Part shown: piece after piece, positions 1 through 9,247 of the stretch
Layout of the letters: each line of letters opens with the position of its first letter
Numbering within the stretch: position 1 is the stretch's first letter
From: an uncultured Ruminococcus sp.
GTDB taxonomy: Bacteria > Bacillota > Clostridia > Oscillospirales > Acutalibacteraceae
Length of the DNA stretch: 48,435 bases
Reading direction: 5' to 3'
Assembly: GCA_964433515.1 (NCBI GenBank)
Contig: CAYSRL010000001.1
Location: 1 to 48,435 of the forward strand
Program-made: the position numbers and the translations under genes
Notes under the pieces: model-generated
The model's input: only the letters and a program-made list of their open reading frames with translations
The model's database searches: none
Told to the model about the DNA's origin: nothing

Positions 1-166
1 TCTCTTCCAGACCGGCGATCATACGCAGGGTGGTGGACTTACCACAGCCGGAGGGGCCGACCATAATGATGAACTCTTTGTCCTTGATCTCCAGGTTGAA
101 GTCCGAAACGGCAACCACGCCGCCGGGATACTTCTTGTAAATGTTTTTCAAAGAAAGACTTGCCAT
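1..166 (-). CDS. ABC transporter ATP-binding protein, N-terminal fragment (MalK/MsmX/UgpC-type); the gene continues past the window edge
   Basis: My translation of the reverse strand from the ATG at 166 gives [55 protein letters not shown]. Walker A motif GPSGCGKST is present. It is absent from the ORF track because it is truncated. Confidence 0.85.
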   Translation of the reverse strand, partial: MASLSLKNIYKKYPGGVVAVSDFNLEIKDKEFIIMVGPSGCGKSTTLRMIAGLEE

Positions 167-351
167 AAGTAACAACCTCCACAGAATATATTTGGTATCA
201 GCCTGCCGCCCATACGCCGACAGGCAGACAAAATCCTACACACTTACTATACCACGGTCTTGCCAATTAAACCATACCTAAAATGCACAAACTTTTATCC
301 CAATTTATGGGGAGAATTTATACACCCTCGTAACAATGCCTAAAAAATATT

Positions 352-1068
352 TTATTTTTCAGTTAAAATGCTGTCTTTTTCTTCCGGGGTCAGGGGACGG
401 CATTCTCCCTCTGCCAAGGTTTCGTCCAAGGAAAGGCCTCCCATCTTCACCCGCTTGAGCCATTCCACGTGGCAACCCACCGCCGCAAACATCCGCTTGA
501 TCTGATGGTATTTGCCCTCATAAATGACCACCTCCGCCAGAGGGTTATCCCCCTCCCGGAGCACCGTCAGATGAGCCGGCTGACAGACGGTGCCGTCCGC
601 CAGGGTGGGGCCCGCCCGAAACGCCTGTGCCATTGCGGCGGTCAGAGGCTTGTCCAATACGGCGTGATAGGTCTTGGGAATATGATGGCGGGGGGACAGC
701 ATCCGGTGAGCAAAATCGCCGTCGTCGGTGATCAGCACCAGGCCGTGGGTGTCCTTGTCCAACCGTCCGGCAGGAAACAGGCCCTTGCGCTGTTCCTCCG
801 GAGGGAGCAGATCCACCACCGTGGGCACCTTTTTATCCCGGGACACGCAGAGTATCCCCGCCGGTTTATTCAGCATCCAATAGACGAATTTGGCGTATCC
901 CAGCGCTTTTCCGTCCACCGCCACCGTCTGTTTGGCCGGATCCACCTTTTGGGCGGTCTGACGGCAGACGATACCGTCCACCGTCACCCGGCCCTGACGA
1001 ATCACCCGACCCGCCTCGCTACGGGTCAGGGTTCCCTGTGAACACAACAATTTATCCAGTCGTTCCAT
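352..1068 (-). CDS. rsuA: 16S rRNA pseudouridine synthase, RsuA family (S4 domain plus PseudoU_synth_2)
   Basis: 238 aa. N-terminal S4-like segment RLDKLL...TRSEA. Catalytic motif GRLDKDTHGLVLITDDG followed by SPRHHIPKTYHAVL, close to E. coli RsuA. RBS AAGGAG lies 4 nt upstream of the ATG. Confidence 0.9.
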   Translation of the reverse strand: MERLDKLLCSQGTLTRSEAGRVIRQGRVTVDGIVCRQTAQKVDPAKQTVAVDGKALGYAKFVYWMLNKPAGILCVSRDKKVPTVVDLLPPEEQRKGLFPAGRLDKDTHGLVLITDDGDFAHRMLSPRHHIPKTYHAVLDKPLTAAMAQAFRAGPTLADGTVCQPAHLTVLREGDNPLAEVVIYEGKYHQIKRMFAAVGCHVEWLKRVKMGGLSLDETLAEGECRPLTPEEKDSILTEK

Positions 1069-1501
1069 CCGTTTCTCCTTGTTGTTGGGGGATCAGTCCG
1101 TGTGTTTCTCCATTCACGGAAATATCCCCGGCAATCACCAGCCCCCCTGCCACATACAAGGTGGCGGTGGCCGGTCCATCTGAGGTCTGCACCCCATAGG
1201 TATAGCGTTTCACCCGCTGTCCCAGATAGGGGGTCAGGTCATAGCCGGCGGCCTGCTGTATCCCATTATACGCCGTCCATTCTTCATCCAATGCGGTGGG
1301 CAAGGTGACCTCCCGCAGGTCGGTCCAGTGAGACTCCGCCTCATACCCCAACTGCCGCAGGCAGGCCGCCGGAACCCCGGACACCGCCGCCGACGTGGGA
1401 GCGGACTCCCCACACTGGGTCAGCAACATCGCCAACGCCACGCCTATGGCCGCCACCGCTATCAGCAATCCCCGATTGGCTTTCATCGATACTACAAACA
1501 T
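1052..1501 (-). CDS. DUF4830-like membrane-anchored protein
   Basis: 149 aa with an N-terminal TM/signal segment (LLIAVAAIGVALAMLL). The remainder resembles the clostridial DUF4830 family (GYDLTPYLGQRVKRYTY). Overlaps rsuA by 17 nt. AAGGAG lies upstream. Confidence 0.6.
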   Translation of the reverse strand: MFVVSMKANRGLLIAVAAIGVALAMLLTQCGESAPTSAAVSGVPAACLRQLGYEAESHWTDLREVTLPTALDEEWTAYNGIQQAAGYDLTPYLGQRVKRYTYGVQTSDGPATATLYVAGGLVIAGDISVNGETHGLIPQQQGETDGTTG

Positions 1502-1551
1502 CCCTGCATCACTCCTTACGGAATACTATGCAGGGATGCTTCAAACTATAC

Positions 1552-3378
1552 TCAGTCGTTGAAATACACGCCGTACCAGACGAGGAACATATACACCGTC
1601 CAGATCTTACGGCTGTTATCCTTTTTGCCGGCCTTGTGCTGATCCAGCAGTTTCACCAGATAGCCGGTGTTGAAGAACTGCTGTGCCGCCTCAGACAGGA
1701 ACGCTTCTTTCACCTTATTATAGTAAGCGTCCTGCCGGAGCCACACACGAATCGGCACCGGGAAACCCAACTTCGGTTTGCTGGCGGCAGAGGCAGGGAT
1801 ATGCCGTTTTGCCGCCTGGCGCATAGCGTATTTGGTGGTGCCGCCGGCGATCCGGTGCTTCACCGGAATACGGGCCGCCACCTCAAACACCTTTTTGTCC
1901 AGGAAAGGCACCCGCAACTCCAAGGAATGGGCCATACTCATCCGGTCCGCCTTCAGCAGGATATCCCCCACCATCCAGCGGTTGATATCCAGATACTGCA
2001 TCCGGGTCACGTCGTCCTGACCCTGACACCGGTCATAATACGCTTTGGTATGGTCGGCGGGGTCGGTGGCGGGGATATCTTTGAGCAGGCGGGATTTTTC
2101 CTTCTGCGTGAACATATTGGCGTTGCCGATAAACCGTTCCTCCAGGCTCTTGCTGCCCCGAATGAGGAAGGATTTTCCCTTAATATCCGGCAACAAAGAG
2201 GCGCAGGCGCCGATGCCACGGCGCAACCACCGGGGCAAACGCTGATAACCCCGCAAGGAATAGGGCTCGTGGTAAATGCGGTAGCCGCCAAACAACTCGT
2301 CGGCGCCCTCGCCGGACAGCACCACCTTTACCTGTTCTGCCGCCAATTTGGACACGAAATACAGCGCCACACAGGCCGGGTCCGCCAACGGCTGATCCAG
2401 ATAATACTGAACCTCGGGCAGACTCTCCCAATATTCCTCTTCGCCGATGATGTGGGTGAAATGCTCGATCCCCACCTCGTGGGCCAACTCGGCGGCGTAG
2501 TTGCTCTCGTTGTAGTGCTGACCGTTGTCAAAGCCCACGGTGAAGGCCTTTTGGCCGCCAAAATAGGAGGCCACATAGGAGGAGTCCACGCCGCTGGACA
2601 GGAAACAGCCCACCTCCACATCGCTGATGCGGTGGGCGGCAACCGAGTCGGTGAACACCTCGTCAATGGCGTCCACCGCCTGTTCCAGGGTCATCTCCTC
2701 ATCGGGGTCAAAGACAGGCTCCCAATAGCGGTGCACCGACACCTGACCCTCCTTATAGATCAGATAATGGGCCGGGGGCAAACAGGAGATGCCCTTGAAA
2801 AAGGTTTCGGTGGGCACCGAATACTGGAAGGACAGATACTTGTCCAAAGCGGCAGGGTTAAACTCTTTTTTCACGTCCGGGTGGCAGAGGATGGATTTGA
2901 TCTCCGAGCCGTACACCAGCCGGCCGTCCTCCAGCAGAGTATAGTGCATCGGCTTGATGCCGAAATAATCCCGGGCGATAAACAGGGTCTGCTCCGCCAC
3001 ATTCCAAATAGCAAAGCCGAACATACCCCGCAAACGAGGGAGCAGGTCGGCGCCCCACTGCTCATAGCCGTGGAGCAGGGTCTCGCCGTCGCCGGAGGTG
3101 GCAAAGGTATGCCCCAGCCCCACGAGTTCCGCCCGCAGATCCTGATAGTTGTAGATCTCGCCGTTGAACATCAGCACCAACGACTTGTCCTCATTATACA
3201 AAGGCTGGGAGGCCGCCTCAATATCGATAATGCTCAGTCGGCGGAAGCCCATCGCCACACCGGCATCCATATAATAGCCATCCGAATCGGGGCCCCGGTG
3301 GGTGATCTTTTCGGTCATCTGACGCAGATACTGTTCCCGGTCCACGATCTCACCGGTGAAACCGCAAAATCCGCACAT
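1552..3378 (-). CDS. asnB: Asparagine synthase (glutamine-hydrolysing)
   Basis: 608 aa. N-terminal Ntn nucleophile MCGF. A GATase-2 domain is followed by the PP-loop SGGVDSS of the asparagine synthase domain. Confidence 0.95.
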   Translation of the reverse strand: MCGFCGFTGEIVDREQYLRQMTEKITHRGPDSDGYYMDAGVAMGFRRLSIIDIEAASQPLYNEDKSLVLMFNGEIYNYQDLRAELVGLGHTFATSGDGETLLHGYEQWGADLLPRLRGMFGFAIWNVAEQTLFIARDYFGIKPMHYTLLEDGRLVYGSEIKSILCHPDVKKEFNPAALDKYLSFQYSVPTETFFKGISCLPPAHYLIYKEGQVSVHRYWEPVFDPDEEMTLEQAVDAIDEVFTDSVAAHRISDVEVGCFLSSGVDSSYVASYFGGQKAFTVGFDNGQHYNESNYAAELAHEVGIEHFTHIIGEEEYWESLPEVQYYLDQPLADPACVALYFVSKLAAEQVKVVLSGEGADELFGGYRIYHEPYSLRGYQRLPRWLRRGIGACASLLPDIKGKSFLIRGSKSLEERFIGNANMFTQKEKSRLLKDIPATDPADHTKAYYDRCQGQDDVTRMQYLDINRWMVGDILLKADRMSMAHSLELRVPFLDKKVFEVAARIPVKHRIAGGTTKYAMRQAAKRHIPASAASKPKLGFPVPIRVWLRQDAYYNKVKEAFLSEAAQQFFNTGYLVKLLDQHKAGKKDNSRKIWTVYMFLVWYGVYFND

Positions 3379-3507
3379 ACTACCCTCTCCTTTATGTTAA
3401 AATCACAAAGTTTTTTACTATCCTTTTTATTATAACACATATCCCGGCAGGTTAAAAGATGTTTTTGCACAAAATGCACATTTACCCAAAGAAAAAGCGA
3501 AAAATGC

Positions 3508-3535
3508 TTGACTTTTTCCTTTTGTTGGTTATAAT
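3508..3535 (+). promoter_or_regulatory. Sigma-A type promoter candidate for the 3602 permease operon
   Basis: TTGACT (3508-3513), 16-nt spacer, TATAAT (3530-3535). Confidence 0.5.
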
Positions 3536-3548
3536 TACTATGTGCTTT

Positions 3549-3569
3549 AGGTTATATTAGTTATAACCT
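3549..3569. promoter_or_regulatory. Perfect 8-5-8 palindrome, candidate operator
   Basis: AGGTTATA-ttagt-TATAACCT lies between the putative -10 box and the RBS (AAGGAGG) of the permease gene. Confidence 0.4.
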
Positions 3570-3601
3570 ATTAATATTATCTGCACAAAGGAGGAAGCAT
3601 T

Positions 3602-4966
3602 ATGCCTGTCGAAGTATGGTATCTTATAGCGATGTTCGCTGTAGTCACCATCGGATTCACCCTGCTCAAGCGACCCCTGTACGAGTGTATGCTGGCCGGC
3701 TTTATCGTGCTGGTCGTCATCACCGGAACCTGGTCCGACGTGGGCACCTTCATTTGGGAGGCGCTGAAAGAGCCTACCCTGTACGTCATTTTCGCCTTTA
3801 TCCTGTCGGCGGAACTATTGTCCAAGACCTCGGTCATTGACGATTGCATCGCCATCATCCTGTCCATCTTCGGACGGCTTCGTGGCGGTGCCGGTTTTGT
3901 GGCCGTCATCGGCAGTTCCTATATGGGCTCTCTGTCCGGCTCCGGCCCCGGTAACGTGGCCACCACCGGCGTGTTCACCATCCCGGCCATGATCCGCTCC
4001 GGCTTTCCCCGCCATCTGGCCGCCAACGTGGAGGCTCATTCCAGCACCATGGGCAATATGATCCCTCCCGCCGGTATGATCGGCGTGGCCTTTGCCCTGT
4101 TGGACAAGTTGTATCCCAACACCTATACGCTGCCCCAGTACTGGCTGTTGTTGTGGGGTATTGCTCTGTGGTTTATCGCCCAGCGCATTATCACCCTGTA
4201 TCTGATGTGCCGGTATTATAAGGTGGAGCCCATGAAAAAAGAAGAGGTGCCCAAGTTGGGCGAGTCTCTCAAGCGGGGCTGGAAGGCTGTGTTTCTCCCC
4301 ATCATCGTGTTTGTGCCTTTCCTGTTGACCAGCAAGTTTGATTATTTCTTCACCGCCCGGCTGAACGAGGCCGGTGCCAAAGCGCTCAACAACAGTCTGC
4401 TGTTGATCATCCCCGCCCTGATCGTGCTGTGCGGCATCCTGCTTTCGGATAAAAAATCCCGCAAGTTGATGACCCCCAAGTATATGTATCAGAGCATCAA
4501 CAAGGGTATGCTGAAGGTGGTTCCCACCGCCGCTCTGGTGCTGTTCGCCTATTTCGTGGCCAACGTGCTGGAGAGTCTGCACATCGAAGAGGCCATCGGC
4601 ACCTTTATCCAGGAGATGAATATGAGCCACGTGGCCCTGTGCTTCATCATCCCCTTTATCTGCGCCATCCTCGGTATGGTCCTTCCCGGTTCCAGCCAGG
4701 TTAAGATCTTCGGCGGTATCATCATCACCCTGCTGGCCGGTGCCGGCGGAAACCCCATGCTGGCGGCGGCTATGCTGCCCTGTATCTGCGGCGCTATGCA
4801 CGGCGTCACGCCCCCCTATTGCGCCTGCGTATATACCGGTATGGGTATCGCCCAGTCCGAGTTGAAGCCCACGCTGCTCAACTGTATATTCTGGATCATC
4901 CCCCACTATCTGCTGAGCGTTGTGATCCTGCTGGAATGGCTCCCCGTCTGGGGTCTGATTGGTTAA
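3602..4966 (+). CDS. TRAP-transporter large-permease (DctM)-like membrane protein
   Basis: 454 aa and polytopic. The segment GSGPGNVATTGVFTIPAMIRSGFP...AANVEAHSSTMGNMIPP resembles the DctM/TAXI-TRAP signature (..AAxVEAxASTGGQxMPP). Strong RBS. No DctP or DctQ partner is present in the window. Confidence 0.6.
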   Translation: MPVEVWYLIAMFAVVTIGFTLLKRPLYECMLAGFIVLVVITGTWSDVGTFIWEALKEPTLYVIFAFILSAELLSKTSVIDDCIAIILSIFGRLRGGAGFVAVIGSSYMGSLSGSGPGNVATTGVFTIPAMIRSGFPRHLAANVEAHSSTMGNMIPPAGMIGVAFALLDKLYPNTYTLPQYWLLLWGIALWFIAQRIITLYLMCRYYKVEPMKKEEVPKLGESLKRGWKAVFLPIIVFVPFLLTSKFDYFFTARLNEAGAKALNNSLLLIIPALIVLCGILLSDKKSRKLMTPKYMYQSINKGMLKVVPTAALVLFAYFVANVLESLHIEEAIGTFIQEMNMSHVALCFIIPFICAILGMVLPGSSQVKIFGGIIITLLAGAGGNPMLAAAMLPCICGAMHGVTPPYCACVYTGMGIAQSELKPTLLNCIFWIIPHYLLSVVILLEWLPVWGLIG

Positions 4967-4981
4967 GGAGGTTGAGCAAGT

Positions 4982-5272
4982 ATGCGTGAAAAGATTTTTA
5001 AGATCCTCAACAATATCTACGGCGTTCTGATGACCGCCTCCTTTTTCGGAGGTGTGCTGCCGCTTATCCCCTTTATCATCGCCATGATCGTAGGCGGTGA
5101 GGCCGGAGAGGCGATCGCCCTGTTCCTCTACAACGACTATTATCCCTGGGTGATCCTGGCCGGTTCCATCGCCGTTGTGTTTGGCCTCATCGCCATGTAC
5201 GTCGGTAAGTTGGAAGGTCTGAGCGTGAAAAAGGTCAGCGTCGACAATCCCGCTGAGAAACCCGAAGAATAA
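4982..5272 (+). CDS. Small two-TM membrane protein, unknown function, co-transcribed with the permease
   Basis: 96 aa with two hydrophobic helices. Strong RBS TAAGGAGG lies 9 nt upstream. Starts 15 nt after the permease stop codon. Confidence 0.65.
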   Translation: MREKIFKILNNIYGVLMTASFFGGVLPLIPFIIAMIVGGEAGEAIALFLYNDYYPWVILAGSIAVVFGLIAMYVGKLEGLSVKKVSVDNPAEKPEE

Positions 5273-5301
5273 AACAAAGAAACCCAATACCGCAACAGAA
5301 A

Positions 5302-5340
5302 AAGAGAAGGCTCGTTTATCACGAGTCTTCTCTTTCTTTT
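5302..5340. terminator. Rho-independent terminator between convergent operons
   Basis: Hairpin AAGAGAAGgCTCG-tttatca-CGAGtCTTCTCTT followed by TCTTTT. Confidence 0.6.
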
Positions 5341-5443
5341 GGTCTGTTAAGTGATGTTCCGCCTTTGTCGGAGTGATGTTTTTGTTGTGCAAAAGCGCTA
5401 TTGAACTCTTACGGTTTCAGTGATATTTTAGGAGTGTTTTTTA

Positions 5444-6895
5444 TCACTTTTGCTCGGCGATGATCCGCTTGCGGTCGATCTTGCCGTTGAAGGTGCGGGG
5501 GATCTCGTCAATGGCCTCAATGTATTTGGGCACCTTGTAGGCCTCCAATTTCTCGGCCAGATACTCCGACAGGGCGGCCGCATCCAGCCCATAGCCCTCG
5601 TTCAGTTTCACCAGCATCTTGACCACACGGCCGTATACCCGATCCTCATAGGGGATGCAGACACACTCGTCCACCATCGGGTGGCGCAGAGCCACATCCT
5701 CCACCTCGGTGGGGGCGATCTTCAGGCCGCCCACGTTGATAACGTCGTCACGGCGTCCCACCAAATACAGATAACCGTTCTCAATATACCCCAGGTCGGT
5801 CATATAGATCACGCCGTCCTGAATGGTGTTGGCGGTCAACTCCGGCTCATTCCAATAGCCGGCGGTAACGGTATTGCTGCGAATGGCGATGATGCCGGGG
5901 TTCTCCTTGGTGGCATTCTCCATCCGGTCGTAGTGCTCATCCACGATATAGATGTCCACGCCGGGATTGGCCTTGCCCACGCATTTGGTGTCGCCGGTCA
6001 CCGCATTATAGTCGATGTAACACACGGCGCCCACCTCAGAGCCGCCGTATGCATCAAATTTCCGCACATCGGGGAGCAGAGAGATCAGTTTTTCTTTATC
6101 GCCGCCGGGAAGTGCCGAAGAACTGGAATACAGGAAATCCAACTGGTCGTTGTATTTGGCCAGTTCCTTGGCGCCCAGCATCAGCACGTAATGGACGCCG
6201 GCCGGAGGCAAATAAATGGAGGTGACGTGGTGGTTTTTGATGTTGTCAAAAAACTGTCTTAGGTTGGTAAATCCAGTCATCAGCAACACCGTACTGCCCC
6301 GCACCATCGACATATGCGTCTTACGCAGGCCGGCAGCGTGATTCATCGGGGTGGGAATCAGCCACACGTTATCCTTGCTGTAATTCAGCACCGCATTCTG
6401 GGACTCGCACATATTCATCTGGCCGTAATGCGTGATCATCACGCCCTTGGATTTGCCGGTGGTGCCGGTGGTGAACAGGATCTCCTGCAACATATCTTCA
6501 GAGGGGAACTCCGGCACCGGGCCCTGATAGGCGGCCAGGTCGTCCAGGGTGACACCGAACGGCTCCAAAGGATGCTCGCCGGTGAGCAGCATACTGGGCG
6601 TAATCTCGGAGGCGATCGCAGACACCCGATCCGCCGGAGCGGCGTGCTCCACCGGAACGTGGACACCGCCCGCCAAGTGGATGCCGTAGCACATCACCAG
6701 AAACTCCACCGTGTGGTTGGCCTCCAGAATGACCCGTTCACCCTTTTGCAGCCCCTTATCCTTCAGCAACGCCGCCATACCCGCCACCATACTCCACAGG
6801 GCGGCGTAATCCACCGTGCGGTCGGGAGCGATCAGAGCGGTCTTGTCCGGCTGGGACAGGCTATGGTCATAAATACTCTTTACAATGGAACGCAT
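5444..6895 (-). CDS. AMP-dependent (adenylate-forming) ligase, DltA-like carrier-protein ligase
   Basis: 483 aa. AMP-binding core motif TTGTTGKSKGV. C-terminal NGKIDRK motif typical of ANL enzymes. AAGGAG RBS. Lies two genes from a DltC-like carrier protein. Confidence 0.85.
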   Translation of the reverse strand: MRSIVKSIYDHSLSQPDKTALIAPDRTVDYAALWSMVAGMAALLKDKGLQKGERVILEANHTVEFLVMCYGIHLAGGVHVPVEHAAPADRVSAIASEITPSMLLTGEHPLEPFGVTLDDLAAYQGPVPEFPSEDMLQEILFTTGTTGKSKGVMITHYGQMNMCESQNAVLNYSKDNVWLIPTPMNHAAGLRKTHMSMVRGSTVLLMTGFTNLRQFFDNIKNHHVTSIYLPPAGVHYVLMLGAKELAKYNDQLDFLYSSSSALPGGDKEKLISLLPDVRKFDAYGGSEVGAVCYIDYNAVTGDTKCVGKANPGVDIYIVDEHYDRMENATKENPGIIAIRSNTVTAGYWNEPELTANTIQDGVIYMTDLGYIENGYLYLVGRRDDVINVGGLKIAPTEVEDVALRHPMVDECVCIPYEDRVYGRVVKMLVKLNEGYGLDAAALSEYLAEKLEAYKVPKYIEAIDEIPRTFNGKIDRKRIIAEQK

Positions 6896-6932
6896 ACAGA
6901 CACTCCTTAGTTTTCAGCAGTTATCAGCGTGA

Positions 6933-7496
6933 TCACTTATCCCGGCGCTTATGAAAGCGCTCCCACACCAAAGCGGCGGTCTCGGGATCCATCTCCTGGT
7001 TTTTCACCTTGACGCACTGGCCACGGCTCATCTTCCGCAACGCCAGGAACATATCAAAGCGGCCGGTCACCTTGGCAGGGATGCCGGAGGCCACCGAATT
7101 CTCGGGAATGTCGGAGGTGACCACACTGCCGGCGGTCACGATGGAATCCTTGCCGATGCGGACATCCGGCATCACGGTCACGTTCATAGCGATATACACA
7201 TTGTCCTGCAGATCCACGCAACCCAACTTCTCGCCGTGGCCGAAATCGTCTTCGGGATTACGGATCTTGAGATAGCGGTTGAGCATATCGTGGGTAACGA
7301 TCTTTGCCGTCTTGTGTACGTGGACGTTGTCGCCCAGGCAGATCAGCTCCGGGTATAACGGCACCAGCCAAGGACCCCATTTGCAGTTATCGCCGATGGC
7401 GCCCAGAATGTGGTTCTTTTTCAGATAAGCGGCACGCTTTGCCGGTTTGCGGCACAGCAGCAACCGGATACTGTGATACATTCGTTTTGCTCTCAT
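6933..7496 (-). CDS. Left-handed beta-helix (hexapeptide-repeat) acyl/acetyltransferase
   Basis: 187 aa. Hexapeptide repeats include LGDNVHV, LQDNVYIAMNVTVMPDVRIGKDSIVTAGSVVTSDIPENSVASGIPAKV. Overall similar to maltose/capsule O-acetyltransferases. Confidence 0.8.
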   Translation of the reverse strand: MRAKRMYHSIRLLLCRKPAKRAAYLKKNHILGAIGDNCKWGPWLVPLYPELICLGDNVHVHKTAKIVTHDMLNRYLKIRNPEDDFGHGEKLGCVDLQDNVYIAMNVTVMPDVRIGKDSIVTAGSVVTSDIPENSVASGIPAKVTGRFDMFLALRKMSRGQCVKVKNQEMDPETAALVWERFHKRRDK

Positions 7497-7508
7497 ACTG
7501 CCACCTTA

Positions 7509-7739
7509 TCAGCCTTTCAGCCGCTCTACCATCGCCGTGATAGCCGCAACAGAATTGAAGTTTTCGGGGGCGATCTCATCCACACCGATCTCCACGTCAA
7601 AGCCCTCGGACAGCATCGAGATCAGGCTCATCAGTTCGAAAGAATCCAAATAGCCGCCTTCAATAATGTCCTCAACGCCGGACAGGTCACGGGTGGGCTT
7701 TACCTCGTTCAGAATGGCCAGTACTTTTTCCTGAGTCAT
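7509..7739 (-). CDS. Acyl/peptidyl carrier protein, DltC-like
   Basis: 76 aa. The phosphopantetheine attachment context GGYLDSFELMSL matches the D-alanyl carrier protein motif (ILDSFGTVELL). Confidence 0.8.
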   Translation of the reverse strand: MTQEKVLAILNEVKPTRDLSGVEDIIEGGYLDSFELMSLISMLSEGFDVEIGVDEIAPENFNSVAAITAMVERLKG

Positions 7740-7742
7740 AAC

Positions 7743-9233
7743 TTATTCCTCCGTTTTTTCTTTTGTTGTAGATGTTTGCTTTTTCTTAAACTTTTTGCGA
7801 ACCAATTTCATAATCAGCGCCCGATAGCGGTAGGCCACGATCAGCACCGCCACGCCCAAGGCGCCGATAACGCCCAGACGCACCCACAGGTGGTCATACA
7901 AATAATAACTGATGGCCATCACGCCGCAAAGCACCGCCAGAATGGCCACAAAGCCTTTGAAATTCAGGTATTTGCCAAGGCCGCTGCGGCACACCAGTAT
8001 GTAGTTGATGAAGAACAGCACCGCAAAAGCCGCAATGTTGATATACGGCAGGATCAGCACGCCGTTTCCGGGGTTTAGCGCATCGTACCAAGGGAGCAGG
8101 AAATACTTGGCCACCACGCACAACACCGCCACAATGCCCGTCCAGACGGCGGTGCTCGCCACCTTTTTCTGGTACGTGAGCATAATGGTGAAGATGGTGG
8201 TGGAGGACTGGATCAGCACCGCCACCACAAAGCCGGGCATCAACACCGTGGACTCCGGATACTTGCCGCTGCCCAGAATGTGCACCACCTCGGGAGCCAG
8301 CAGGATCACGCCCGCCGCCAACACCGAGATGCCCGCCATATAGGCCAGTGTGCCACGCCGGACCGCCTTGACATTCTCCTGATTCAGGTTGTCCATCAGC
8401 CAGGTGGTCACCGCTCCGGACACCGCCGTCAGCAACGTGGTCATAATGTGGTTGGCTGAGGCGGCGGTGGACACCACCGCATTGGCCTCTTCACCCAACC
8501 GCATCGTGGTGATGATGGAGTTGGAGGAACTCAGCAACTGGGCGGTCAGATAATGCAGCATCAAGGGGAAAGACAAGGCCAAGCCGTATTTGCAATATTT
8601 CCAGCCAAAGCCCTTTCCCCGGGCGATCAGCGCCAAAGCGCACCCCAAGCCGATCAAAGCGGAGGGAATATAGAAGCCGTAAATGCGGGCGCCCAACTTT
8701 TGCGTTTCGGGGGCCAGAATCACCAGCACCACCGCAATCACCGTGGGGATCAAGGCGTTAAGCGCCGAGATCACCGCCACCCCTTTGTACCGATAAAAGG
8801 TGCGCTCACGGGCCATAAAGATCTGCTTGCATCCCTGGAACAACAGCATAATAAACAAAACGTGGATATACTGCTTCGGGATGGAGGTGAAAGCGGAGAA
8901 CCAATCCCCGCAAAGCAACGCCACACCGTACAAGACCAGTGTCACGCCGCAACTTGCCAAGGTGACCGAGGATACGTATTTGTTGAAATCCTCTTTAAAA
9001 TCGTAATAGGCACGGGCCACCGTATTCTGCATCTCCAGACTGGTGATGATCAGCAACAGGGTCTCCCAACTGGCAAAGTTGGAGAAGGCGCCCAGATCTT
9101 CTTTGGACAATAACCCGGCAAAAATCGGGTGGGTGATAAAGGACAGACTCTTTACCAAAAACGTGCTGAGCACATACCAAAAGCCCGCTTTGATCGCCAG
9201 ACCGGCGCTGCCCCTTTTTACATTCTCTTGCAT
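7743..9233 (-). CDS. MOP-family polysaccharide flippase (Wzx-like)
   Basis: 496 aa with about 12-14 TM segments. Sits in a glycan locus directly downstream of the polymerase-like gene. Basic C-terminal tail. Confidence 0.75.
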   Translation of the reverse strand: MQENVKRGSAGLAIKAGFWYVLSTFLVKSLSFITHPIFAGLLSKEDLGAFSNFASWETLLLIITSLEMQNTVARAYYDFKEDFNKYVSSVTLASCGVTLVLYGVALLCGDWFSAFTSIPKQYIHVLFIMLLFQGCKQIFMARERTFYRYKGVAVISALNALIPTVIAVVLVILAPETQKLGARIYGFYIPSALIGLGCALALIARGKGFGWKYCKYGLALSFPLMLHYLTAQLLSSSNSIITTMRLGEEANAVVSTAASANHIMTTLLTAVSGAVTTWLMDNLNQENVKAVRRGTLAYMAGISVLAAGVILLAPEVVHILGSGKYPESTVLMPGFVVAVLIQSSTTIFTIMLTYQKKVASTAVWTGIVAVLCVVAKYFLLPWYDALNPGNGVLILPYINIAAFAVLFFINYILVCRSGLGKYLNFKGFVAILAVLCGVMAISYYLYDHLWVRLGVIGALGVAVLIVAYRYRALIMKLVRKKFKKKQTSTTKEKTEE

Positions 9234-9247
9234 AGGATGGCTTCTCC

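Noticed and set aside
469-1041. Numerous 60-130 aa ORFs nested within or antisense to the annotated genes, such as 469-1041(+), 2007-2291(-), 6439-6666(-), 41045-41293(+) and 47147-47455(-).
   Set aside because: They show no RBSs and have Pro/Arg/Ala-rich compositions typical of off-frame translation of GC-rich coding DNA. All are fully contained in better-supported genes.
1528-3435. Very long ORFs antisense to real genes. Examples: 1528-3435(+) 635 aa; 3815-5392(-) 525 aa; 12623-14038(+) 471 aa; 19262-20722(+) 486 aa; 26384-28768(+) 794 aa; 30665-31675(-); 35914-37257(-); 36906-38153(-); 42444-43706(-); 45041-46420(-); 46284-47648(+).
   Set aside because: Each lies opposite a gene with clear family motifs. 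Their translations are low-complexity and rich in Gly/His/Arg/Gln/Val, they lack RBSs, and they span gene boundaries. This is typical stop-codon-poor antisense reading in GC-rich DNA, not evidence for overlapping genes.
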